Assembly (NCBI RefSeq): GCF_964355755.1 | Contig: NC_092674.1 | Span: forward strand, 5,146,001-5,210,000 | DNA: 64,000 nt | From: Antedon mediterranea | Taxonomy: Eukaryota; Animalia; Echinodermata | Direction of reading: 5' to 3' | In this document: one piece after another, positions 50,089-61,341 of the stretch | Layout: each line of letters opens with the position of its first letter | Position numbering within the stretch: position 1 is the first letter of the stretch | Notes under the pieces: model-generated | Databases searched by the model: none | Told to the model about the DNA's origin: nothing | The model's input: only the letters and a program-made list of their open reading frames with translations | Position numbers and translations under genes: made by a program

Positions 50089-51465
50089 AGTGGAGCTACA
50101 CTCAGACTTTCTCAGCTTATATTATGTTTAAGTATGTTTAATTGAAAGTGATTACATAAAAAAAACCAGGAAAAATACGGAAATATTTTCCAAAAACTCA
50201 TTTCTAAAAAAATCGGTCAGAAAATAGTGTTTTAACAAATTACAGTTTTTCAGTAACTTAGGGGTTATTAGTTTACAATACGTCGCGAAACGCGTTACAC
50301 TTAGCGACTGACGCGTTTTAGTCGCCGGTTCAACGCATTGATGAAATGTCTCCCCTTTGGTAAATTATGTGTCGAAAAATGGGGAATAAATTTTATACAC
50401 ACAATTAATACGATTTGTTTAGGCCTAAGTAATATTTCCGATAAGAATGTCAGTATAATTTACATGTAACCTCATGATTTTCACTGTACAACAACAACAT
50501 AATAATAATCTTATCAGATTGCTTTTAACTTTAAGCTAGGGCTAGGCCTAGCTAAGCCGTCTGCTCAACCAAGCTAGCCTTGAATTTTTGTCTAGAGGCC
50601 TATGTATTCATAGGCATGGTCGTTTCGCCCCATTTATCGTTCCTGGGTTTTCTCGCACATTAAGAATTGTGAAACACACAATCCTATACAGAACAAGAGT
50701 AGTAAAGCGATGTGCAAGCTTAGACCTGACTGAAAAGCAACTATTCAGGCACCCTATCATGGCCCATGGGTAGGCCAAGGTCGGGTGCCAGCAAAACAAA
50801 CTTCACTGCTGTCAGCCTAGCCTAGCTAGAGGCCAAGCAGCAACGGTACATACCTACACTCTAGTAGGCCTAGGCCTAGCTTTATTGAATATATAGCTAC
50901 GTCTTTCTCAAATCTCGTTAAATTTGACATTTTAGTAATAGTCTCATAATCACATTATTACACTGTGAAACATAATAGGGTCATATTCAGAATGTTTTAA
51001 TATACTTTTCGCCCGTCAAAAATAACATCGCGACAAAATAACAGATCGCCAGCACTGCAGTAGTGTGATTATGAAAAATGTCACGTGATCGTACTCCCTA
51101 GCAAAATAAAAAACCCAATTGGACCCGAACGGGGGAAAGTGTCTATTTACGCAAAATTGCGCAATGTATACGTGATAAAAATACCAGAAATAGAAAGATC
51201 TGGAAAAATTACATAAATATACATTTTACATTTTTTTTTTGGTGAAGAAATGAATTTTTTAGGATTATTCAAATATACCCCCCTTTTGCATGTAAAAGAA
51301 TAGGAAATTACAAGGTATCCCCCCAAAACGCAAAAAGGCGTGATTTTCAAGAAAATCGTACTCATTGAAAAAAAATTTCAAAAAAATATGAAGTATAAGG
51401 GATGATATTTTTAAATAATAGTTGAAATGTATGAGAAATAGTAATTTTCTGGGTGGAGCTCCACT
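50089..51465. mobile_element. Kolobok-type non-autonomous element, TTAA TSD, inserted in a hAT-type MITE
   Basis: ggcattaa|agtggagctacactcag...ctgggtggagctccact|ttaaaatatg. The empty site ggcattaaaatatg is visible at ~40574. Confidence 0.85.
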
Positions 51466-51839
51466 TTAAAATATGTTGAAAAGGGCTAAAAACGGCCGAG
51501 GCCTCCAGCGTTGGTGGGCCACTTAGGGTTCATAAACAAGGGGCCTCATGTCTCTACGATAAGCCACTGTATATTAGCAACATTATAACAAGATGTTTAA
51601 TTTTAAAGTATAAATGACATTCGTCAGTATTCATAATATTCAGTCCTACTAAATTTATATTTTGTTGAATTTCATTAGAAAAATACATGAACAGGCGGCC
51701 ATGTAGTTATCGTTTTAAAAATATTAAACTAATTTAATCTCTGTATGAGTCATATTTTATAACAAAAAAGTGTTGCTAAAAACAATAAACATAATTTACA
51801 TTTACAATTGTTTTATTTAGCTTGCAAGGAAATATAATT

Positions 51840-52220
51840 GCTCAGGCCACTCTTCCTTTGGTCTGCCCAAGGCACTCTTCCCTGGTCTTCCAAAGGCACT
51901 CTTTCGTGGTCTGCCCAGGGCACTCTTTCCTGGTCTGCTAAGGGCACTCTTACTTGGTCTGCTCAGGTCACTCTTCCCTGGTCTGCTCAGGTCACTCTTC
52001 CCTGGTCTGCTCAGGTCACTCTTCCCTGGTCTGCCCAGGGCACTCTTCCCTGATCCGCTCAAGGGACTCTTCCTTTGGTCCGATCAGGCAGCTCTTTCCT
52101 AGTCTGCCCAGGACACTCTTTCCTGGTCTGCCCAGGGCACTCTTCTTTTGTCTGATTTAGGCAACTCTTCCCTGATCTGATCAAGGGGCTTTCCATTGGT
52201 CTGCTCAGGACACTTCCTCC
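51840..52220. repeat. 24-bp GC-rich tandem repeat, about 15 units
   Basis: Unit ggtctgcccagggcactcttccct; gives 8-aa periodic ORFs on both strands. Confidence 0.9.
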
Positions 52221-53186
52221 TCAAACCAATCAGTTCTTCATTACACAAGAAATGATTGAAAACGATTCTCAATGGCAATTTAGTTACCAGGATTGTGTCC
52301 TCAACGACCACTGTCGCGCCCACTGTCTCTCCCTAAGTCACCATCTCCTCACTCTTCCTCTTTTCCATAACTTTTTACAATAAAGTGAGCTACAACTAAA
52401 TATCCGATTCAATATGTTTTATTAATTTATCCAATACTTCACTTATTTTTTACAAACAAAACCAATACATTGAACTTATCTTACTTAAAAGTTTAAATTA
52501 GTGACCACACTTGACCACTATTTCCGGGTCTGACGAATATTTATCTCACTTTGTACATTTTAAATAATACTTTTTTTAAATAGATAGAAACCACATTGTA
52601 ACCGTTAGTCAACCATAACACCACAGCAATCGGATTATAAATATATAAATACTATGTTTACAATAAATAAATTAGTTTTTAAAACTTAACAATAATAGTC
52701 ATTTAGTAATGCTTGTTTTTGAATAATTTCAATATGAAATGACGAGGTTTTTTTTACAACATTTGAAGTATAACATTAAATGAATTACGGAGTTTTCAAA
52801 TGTGACGCTTATTCCCTGTCAAACGGAAAATGCTAGCTTTGTTTATTAATATGTTATAAATATTATACATTTCTTTTTAATCTAATACATTTTTTTTCCA
52901 TTTAATAAATAAATCAAGTTTTTGGGCGCGTTACAATAATTATATTATTATCAAACAAATATTAAATAATTTCAGTTGGAATGTTTACAAATTTTAAATC
53001 AAGTTTTTGGGCGCGTTACAATATATTATTATAATAGGCCTACAAATATTAACTGATTTCAGTTGGAATGTTTACAAATGTTAGTACTTTAGCTAAGCGG
53101 CAAATTATCCGCCGCTTTTCATTGGTCAAATTACTTGCGTTGCTGGTTATACGTCATAGCGTTGCGCGTACTACTTCTTCCCAAGA

Positions 53187-55535
53187 CTAGATTGTGACGT
53201 GTATGAAGAAAACGTTGAGGGAGTCACCCATCTTGTCTTCAATGTCTGAGTCTGTCAACTGGTACAAAGTAATATCATGGGTCGTACGATCGTACCCCAG
53301 ATAATAACCTGTAAAAAGAAAAATATAGAATTGTTGGATGTCAAAAATATCATTAAAACCGAGTCAGTGGGTGAAGATGTAATTCTTGATACTAATATTT
53401 GGAATTCACTCTTGCAGACTTTCTCGTAAATGTACGGTGTAGGAGAGAAACAAATGTTTTCTTAAAACTGTGGAATTATGAAGCGCTGCGGTATTTATAT
53501 GTATTTTTTTCCTTTTTAATTGATATTGTAGAAATTCGAAAATTAGGAAGGCTTACCTGAATTTGTAACCGACTCAAAGTAATAATGGTCAAGGGTCGAA
53601 TCATAATGCCTGTAGAATAATTTGTTGTCCGTTGATTGGAAAAGTTGTGGCTCAGTAGCAACATCCTGTAACAAAAAAAATCAATAAAATTGTCAGTGCC
53701 GATGTAAAATGAAGGAGAGAAAAGTGTCGCATATCTTTTCATTCATTTCATTTTTTATTGTTCCATATAAAATAAATAAACGATCAAGAAAAAGTAAGAA
53801 AAAAAATGGTTAAAACTTAGTTTATGCAGGGAAGAGTTAAATTACAATTTAACTCTTCCCTGGTTTATGTGTGGAATCTCAAATAAGCCAACAAAGGCTT
53901 TAAGGCTGAGATTCCAAAAGACATTACATTGTGCATTGTAACGTACAATTGCTTTCTAAAAAAATATCTATCTCTAATATTTTTTTTATGACGTCATAGT
54001 TCTTAGTTCCCAGAATGCTTCATGAAATAAAAGTTACTCTCCATCTTGATCTCTAAAAGTAGTTGGTCGACATGTCATTTCTTTCGCAACTAATAATTGC
54101 AATATCACAAAAGTACAGTATACGGTAGTACTTCTATTTACGTTATTACTTTTCTGCCACAATCCCATCCTTAAACTGTTTATTAAAATGTTACCAGCTC
54201 GTTAGAATGATAGCATGCATAAGGTTAGGCCTATAGGTAATATACTTACCACCAAAGAAATGGAAGTAGATGAGGGAGCCGACACGTACTTGGACGTGTC
54301 TACGTGCTTGAATGCCACTGCGGTTAGGCTGTTGGCCAAGTCTGTGTACGTGCTCACAAAAAATTTACCTGAAAATAATCGTCAGTATTAAGTTTATGTT
54401 GTGGTCATTCGTATTCATATTCAATATCACAGTATTCTCATTTGTGCACAATTTTGTTTCATGATATTTCCCCCCAGCCCTTCTCCAAACACAAATGATA
54501 TTAGCGCTTCCCCATTAACAGAGGGATCCACGGGTTGAGGCCTACAACAACTGATCAATCATCTTCCATAACCCTCACTATTTTAACCTACCACCATCAT
54601 CTTATTCTCATAATTAATTTAGTCAATCCGTTAGGCCTAATTGTACTTTATGCTAATTACGTCCAAGATAGGGCAAACATTTGACCAATCAAATTAGCCT
54701 TGACTTTGAATTATCGATATGATTCATTCTCGCCATTATTCTTTTTATCAACACCATCTTCCTTTCATCACTAAACATTGTCTAAGATTTGAAAATAAAA
54801 ATAGGAAAATCTTACATTTATCTTCGCTTGTGGTAGCTGTCATTTCAAGAGCATCGTTTTCAACGGCTAGGTATCTCTGGTCGTTGCCATTTGGATAATT
54901 TCGCATGTAGAAATTTTGCCCCTGAGTACTCTGAAGTTCTGCAAACAGACTCTGAGTTATGACTTCTTCGTTGACGAGCGATTCCTGTTGGTCTTTTGAT
55001 TCGTTGTTCTGAAATAGAAGTGTTGTTTCAGTGATTAGGGCTGGCGTACCTTCTGTGACTTGAACGATGTAGGCTTACGCGTGGTTCCCACTAGAACACA
55101 ACGTAACGCAGCGACGTATCGACGCAAAGTGATGTATTGCGTAATCGCAAGTGGGAACCGACGACGCACCTTTGTTGTAATCGCAGGTTTGATTTCACGC
55201 AGGCGGGGGCAAACACAATTATTAGAAGTGCATTTGCTTACGTTGCGTATTGCGTTACGTTGCGTCGCTAGTGGGAACCAAGCTTTAGAGACCTAGGCCA
55301 TAGTTGTATGTTTATTCAGCCTTCTACAAGGGTCTATTACCGTACTTACCTTCATATTTGTGGTATTGAGACATGCGTCTTGATCCCCGATCGGTATATC
55401 ATTGCCGCAGGTTGCTGGTGGACTTTGTAACTTTGCTAAATACTTCTTCACTTGAGAAAAGGAAAACACATTTCCAGATTTGCGGGTTGTGTTGTTGAAT
55501 TCATTAGGCGTGTTGATTTCGTTGGTGTTCGACAT
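53187..55535 (-). CDS. IL-1/IL-18 family-like leaderless beta-trefoil cytokine, 242 aa; coding exons 55535-55350, 55008-54816, 54368-54250, 53665-53557, 53308-53187
   Basis: All GT-AG, phases 0,1,0,1, 729 nt open. C-terminal ~160 aa LFAELQST..FYMRN..DQRYLAVE..CKFFVSTYTD..TAVAFK..YVSA..ISLV|DVATEP..KLFYRH..YYFESVTNSGYYLG..DKMGDSLNVFFIHV parallels IL-18. No signal peptide. Confidence 0.8.
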
Positions 55536-56286
55536 CTTTGTATCCTGCACAATAAATAACACACAATTAATACTTGTGAATAACTTCTGCCACAACAATA
55601 GTAACGTACTGTACCTAGGCCTACAGTATAATATAGTAAACATTAACAAGAAATCGCTCTACCATCCCTAACATTATTCTTCTGCTTCTAAAACTAAAAC
55701 TTTGTAGGTTTACAACATTAATAATAATGAACGAATTAATGAATACCGCATGCCTTGGTTTATGACTGAATATGGGTCTTTTGGCATTTTAACGACTTTT
55801 TAATGACTTTTTAATGATTTGATTTACTGTGTACTTGTATAATATAGCCTATACTATTGTTTTAAATTCTGTTAAATGTTTACTTTGTACGTTGTTTGCA
55901 GAATTATTCAGCCGTTGGCTGCCTTCTCTTTGTACTATTTATGTGTTTTTATGAATAAATACCTACATATAAAAGAAGCCGAAATTAAATAAGATATGCG
56001 TATAAATCTTGAAAATAATCTCGTCTTTTAAAAAGACATTGAATAGAAACCCATATCCAAGCTCATATATAGGCCCATATAAAAACTAATCTCAACCATG
56101 AAAGAATCTACGCTTGAAGTCGGAAGCGCAAATCGAAAGACTTTCGAAAAACAGTTTTCCGAATTGAAATCTCGAAAACGTAGATGCGTAGGTTGCTGTA
56201 CTGGAATCTTGGAGGAAATAGGCCATAGCGCTGAATTGTAAAACAATGTTAGTAAAAATGTTGAAACAATTAATTTAGCTACTTAC

Positions 56287-56420
56287 TGTGATTCGTTACT
56301 TATTACTTTACTTGGGGTTTTTAACTTCAGCGTCTTTAACTTCAGCTTCTTGAGTATGAATTTTCACAAAAATGTGCTGCTTTTATACGCTTTAGACATC
56401 CGGAATATGTATGACGAAAG
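56287..56420 (-). promoter_or_regulatory. Putative promoter and non-coding first exon of the IL-1-like gene
   Basis: Minus-strand TATAAAA at ~56381-56387, ETS-like CCGGATGT just upstream, donor ca|gtaagt at 56286, acceptor tgcag at 55545. Confidence 0.5.
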
Positions 56421-57899
56421 TCTATTTAAAACATGTTGTTATAGCAAGTTCAAACGACCTGTTAGATATGCATTTTGATCTCATTATAAAATGATACATC
56501 CGTTTGACTAACAATACAAATTTTGGCACAAATATTAGTTTAGAGGTCATTCATGCACAAAGTATCAATGAAGCTTGACGTACGTTTGATTTGACCAATC
56601 GCAAGTGATAGATTATTCGCATATTCGCTTGTCATTGGTCACTTGCATTTGCGTCTATGTCGTTTCGTTGCGTCTTCAAGCTTGAAGGCCTGTTTTTTAC
56701 TACGAAGATAACGATCGACGATAAATTTATAACCTTGCATTTTTCTTAGATGCAACAAAATAAATTCGAAACGTTTTTATTCTAGAATTATAGAATAACC
56801 ATTTGTGCTGTCTTTAATATAACTAATATTTTTTAAAGTCATGATCAATAAGAACAATAAAATCGTTGTATCGTCAATATATTTCTCTTATCATGACGTA
56901 ATTGTATTGGACGTGTCACATTAAAGCTTGGTTCCCACTAGAACGTAACGCAAGGACGTAAACGCAACGCAAGCGTTTTAACCAATGACAAGCGAAGTTA
57001 TAGACAGTTAGCAATCACAAGCGAATAAGCCATCGCTTGTGATTGGTCAATTCACTTGCGTTGCGTTACGTCCTTGTGTTGCGTCGCTATTGGAACCACG
57101 CTTTATGTTTATCAAAGGCAGTATAGATGGTTATCATAAAGTTCTATGGTTTTAGATTTCTTTTGTTTTATGTAGAAAAAATGCATATTATCTATTTATC
57201 GTCGATAGCGTCCTAGTGTAAATGGGCCTTAAGTGTGGTTCCCACTAGAACGCAACGCAACGTAACGCAGCGACGTATCGACGCAAAGTGATGTATTGTG
57301 TAATCTCAAGTGGGAACCGACGACGCAACAGTGCTGCAAAAATCGCAGGTTTGATTTCACGCAGGCGGGGGCAAACACAATAATTGGAAGGGCATTTTCT
57401 TACGTTGCGTAGATTGCGTTACGTTGCGTCGCTAGTGGGAACCAAGCTTTAACGGCTTCCACTATCCAACATTTTAGTTGACGTAGCGAAATAAAATGTA
57501 TTAAAATCAAATGGCAAACATTGTTCTTTTATATGAATGTTGTAGCATCAATGATGTGTCGTAGAAGTTGATTTAACATAGGATTTAGTCAGGAGGGTGA
57601 GGTTACACCGTGTCCATGAATGCTAGGCCTAAACGGAAAGAGGAAGAGAATTAAGCTATTGTAGGCCTACATCCGTTTATGTAGACCTATTGGCTACACA
57701 ATTACACACAGGGCTACATTAAGTGAAAGTTTCTATACCAAACTTAGAAATCTCTCTCTTCAGAAAAAAAAAATACGTGAGCCTTTAATGATAATGATTT
57801 CTTTTAAAGTGATCTAGACCTACGGTAATACAAACTAAAAACATAATTTTCTTTCCAACAAAGAGGCTACTGATAGTGATTTACTTTTTCAAAAGTCTG

Positions 57900-58497
57900 A
57901 ATATACTGCCACTAGGGGTATTATTCTTAGTCTACATGATCTATTTACAACACAAATTGCTTCCTTTATTTTTCAATTCTTTAATACCAAACTCCCTGTG
58001 ACAATGTCTAATCTATTAAGTCATCATACAAAATCACACAAGTACTATTTACGTATCGACAATAAATTTCAGCATCTTGAAGTACCTCCTTTTAGACTGA
58101 AAATTTCCGAATATTTTGTTTCTGTTTCAGGACCGCGAATCTGGAATGATCTTGATGATAAACTAAAGCATTTTAAATCTCTTTATACTTTTCGTAAAAA
58201 TTTTAAATAATATCTTATTTCTTTATACTAATTTTAATATTATGATTGTAGTACACTGAAAGTATTTTTATTTCATCATTTTTGTTTTTATTTATTATTT
58301 TATGTAGTAAATTGTATTAGTTTAAATGTATGTATATTGTTTCTGGGGTCTTTCTCGAGACAAGAAACTTGTTTTCTTCTAGAGAAGACCCCAAATGATG
58401 GCTTATTGCTATGTTTTCATTTATGTACACACCTATAATTATATTATTGTATAATGCCATTGTTGAATAAATAAATGTTTTTTGAACTTTGAACTTT
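57900..58497 (+). mobile_element. L2/Crack-type LINE 3' end
   Basis: SVSGPRIWNDLDDKLK..SLYTFRKNFK, 3' UTR hairpin ggggtctttctc...gagaagacccc, AATAAA and (TTTGAAC)n tail. A separate CR1-like fragment FFTQRVVNSWNALP follows at ~58545-58630. Confidence 0.75.
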
Positions 58498-59747
58498 GGG
58501 TCATAAATTGTAAAGGAATAATGCTCGATTAAATTGCCGTAGTCATTTTTTTACCCAACGAGTCGTAAATTCATGGAACGCTCTCCCTGCCAGTACAGTA
58601 GAAGTTGACACTACCATACTATTTAAAAGACAATTTCAGAAGACGAGGGAGGCTAGAGGGCCACGACCGGCCCACCAGCCTCTTACACCACTCATTTAGA
58701 GTGGTGTACGGTGAGTTAATAAGGCCTCAGTAGTGATATGACATCATCATGTATGGGCACATCACTTTTTTTTTCACATAAAGTTTGATAGTGTAGACAG
58801 AGCTTTAGATATATTGTTCCCATCATGTAACGAGGCCATATACATGGCTGCAGTCGCGTGCTCAAGTTAGTGTTTACCGGCCGACCAACCGACATAGTGA
58901 GTTGTAGAGTCGCGTTACACGCGACTAAAAATAATAAAAATGTTGAATCAGGGAGATTTTACATCTCCCTTGTTGAATAGGCAAATGTAATGTTACATTT
59001 GGTAATATATTAGTATTCACATGTTATGCTTGTTTTAAGGCTGCACTGAAAACTCACATTTTAACTATTTTTTCTCTTAGTTTTCCGCTTTTTATTTCTA
59101 AAGCGCATTGAGGCTTTGCATTATGCGTTAATAAAGCCTCATTTATTATTATTACTGTATTACCATCCGTCAATCAGCAACATTCAATTCTTTGATGTAG
59201 TGTCTCCCTGAACAAATAATTTTTTGTTTGAATATGCCATTTTAATGACACATAATAGTTATCCACTTTGAACAAAAAATGAATCGAAAGAAAAATGTAT
59301 TTACCTAAAAAAAATGTATTTAAAGAAAAAAATACTCAAATTGGCTGCCAGCCAATGTAATGGGTTTTTGGTTGAACTTGTTTTTACATACATCCACTGT
59401 TTTAATTTTTTTCACGCTGCTGTATTAGCCAGCTACGTCCAAGAGGACTATTCATTCAGAAGCTGAAAGCAAGCAGTTTTATAGTTCTAGAAACCGACAT
59501 TTTTGTTTTTTTTGTAAACTAAGACACATCATGCTAAAATTACAAATCCCAAAGCATTTCGGGTATTTACAATGAGTCCATTTGACTGTCAATCTAGATA
59601 TAATACTGTAATTCGCTGTCAGATAATCATTGAATTATTATCTAAACAGTCCATTCAAGTTTTTATTTGTAATAGGATACTTCACACTTGATGAAGTGAC
59701 ACCAGACTTGACCTTAGCAATAAAATAAACTAAAGTGACAGAAATTG

Positions 59748-61341
59748 CTTTGCGACAAGAAAATCCTAATAGTTCACAGGAGAAGAGTTTTCAACCAGTG
59801 TGTGCTCCCTAAAATGACTTATGGTTGTGAAACTTGGACAACAACAACATTTTTGGAACAAAAACTAACCACTGCACAAAGAGCTATGGAAAGGCAGAAA
59901 CACAGTAGTAAGGAAATTGATTTAAGTCAAAGATAAAAGAAGCAAAATGGCGTTGGGCGGGACGCGATTTTTTTTTTCGTACATAAGTTGGGGACCCCCT
60001 CATGAAACGTCACAAAATAAACATGAATAATTCATCAGTTAAATTTTCTTGTTCCGTGTGCACCCAAGCGTATAGCAACAAGAAGTGATTACACAAGTTT
60101 CTAGGCCTATCTCCGCTGTTGAAGAATAGCGGCGTTTTGTGTGGATTGTCGAAATAATCGGCCTTTAGTTTATGGTGTTTTTAATATAATTTATTACTAA
60201 AGAATTACGTGTTAAAATTATAGTTTCTATTAATACTATTAGGCCTAATTATTAGTCTCTAAACCCATGTCTATTCTAGTAGTAGCTGTGTGGATGTGTG
60301 TGACGTGTGTGTGTGTTAGGTATGACCAAAGATAGTTACACTATCTTTGGTATGACACAATCCGAGTAATAAGTCAGCAAAATTAAACAATAAACATTAC
60401 ACAAAAATACATTTTTTATTCTCGTGGGTCAAATCTTCCCATCTCATGTGTTCATATACGCGCATTTTTAAAGTTCCTTTGAGTACATTGCATATTGTTT
60501 GATAATTGATAGCAGAATTAAAAAAATACAGTACACAAATTATACACATTCTTTATTCTTGTGGGTCTAAGCTTTCTTTGGGCTATGTCCAAGAACGCTT
60601 GGGTGCACACGGAACAACAACTGCGATACGATTCTTTCTACAATAATAGGCCTAGGATTCTAGGTCAATTCACGTGATTGCCTTCGCGCACTCTTCTTCA
60701 CACACACCACTATGCAAAATGTGTCGAGGCTAATCGACAGCTAGGCAAAACATTAAAATAAGTAGTAATTGGACATAGCCCAAAGACACAAGTCACACAC
60801 ACCGTACCCACACAGCTACTACTAGAATATACAGGGGTTTAGAGACTAGTAATTAGGCCTAATAGTATCAATAAAAACTATAATTTTAACACGTAATTCT
60901 TTAGTAATAAACTATATTAAAAACACCATAAACTAAAGGCTGATTATTTCGACAATCCACACAAAACTCCGTGTAACTTGTGTAATCACTTCTTGTTGCT
61001 ATACGCTTTGGGTGCACACGGAACAAGAAAATTTAACTGATGAATTATTCATGTTTATTTTGTGACGTTTCATGATGGGGTCTCCAACTTATGTACGAAA
61101 AAAAAATCGCGGGCGGGACACCTTGCAAGAAGGGATGACAACAGGTGGACAAAACGTATGACAGACTGACAACCAAGAACCGGCACAAGAAAAAGGGGAA
61201 GGCAAAAACGGCGATGGAGGGATGACATTACAAAGTATGCAGGCCCCACGTGGGCGAGGATAGCACAGAACAGATGGGATTGGCCGAAGCATGAGGAGGG
61301 CTACATACGACAGGGGATGATACAGCTAAACTGAACTGAAC
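59748..61341 (+). mobile_element. 5'-truncated RTE LINE split by a DNA transposon, 12-bp TSD
   Basis: VFNQCVLPKMTYGCETW; rejoined KWRWAGHLARRDDNRWT..RGRQKRRWRDDI; (AACTG)n tail. TSD tgacagaaattg at 59736-59747 and 61342-61353. Confidence 0.88.
59963..61111. mobile_element. Long-TIR non-autonomous DNA transposon with 7-bp TSD
   Basis: ggcggga|cgcgatttttttttcgtacataagttgg...ccaacttatgtacgaaaaaaaaatcgcg|ggcggga, inverted arms of about 300 bp. A relative lies at ~41385-41714. Confidence 0.85.

Noticed and set aside
52912-53080. ~85-bp direct duplication 3' of the IL-1-like stop (also a ~74-bp one at 47225-47375)
   Set aside because: Simple local tandem duplications with no further structure.
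53828-53863. Near-perfect hairpin cagggaagagttaaatt-ac-aatttaactcttccctg as a miRNA or terminator
   Set aside because: Too short for a pre-miRNA and intronic; most likely a transposon-end remnant.
55012-55074. In-frame 5' extension (YIVQVTEGTPALITETTLLFQ) of the IL-1-like second coding exon
   Set aside because: No phase-0 acceptor found upstream, and ttctatttcag at 55009 is a good acceptor; treated as intron.
53187-55535. FGF identity for the beta-trefoil gene
   Set aside because: No FGF core motifs seen (e.g. YLxM...G.L, C.F.E) and the motif order and intron phases fit IL-18/IL-1 better; still needs HMM or structure confirmation.
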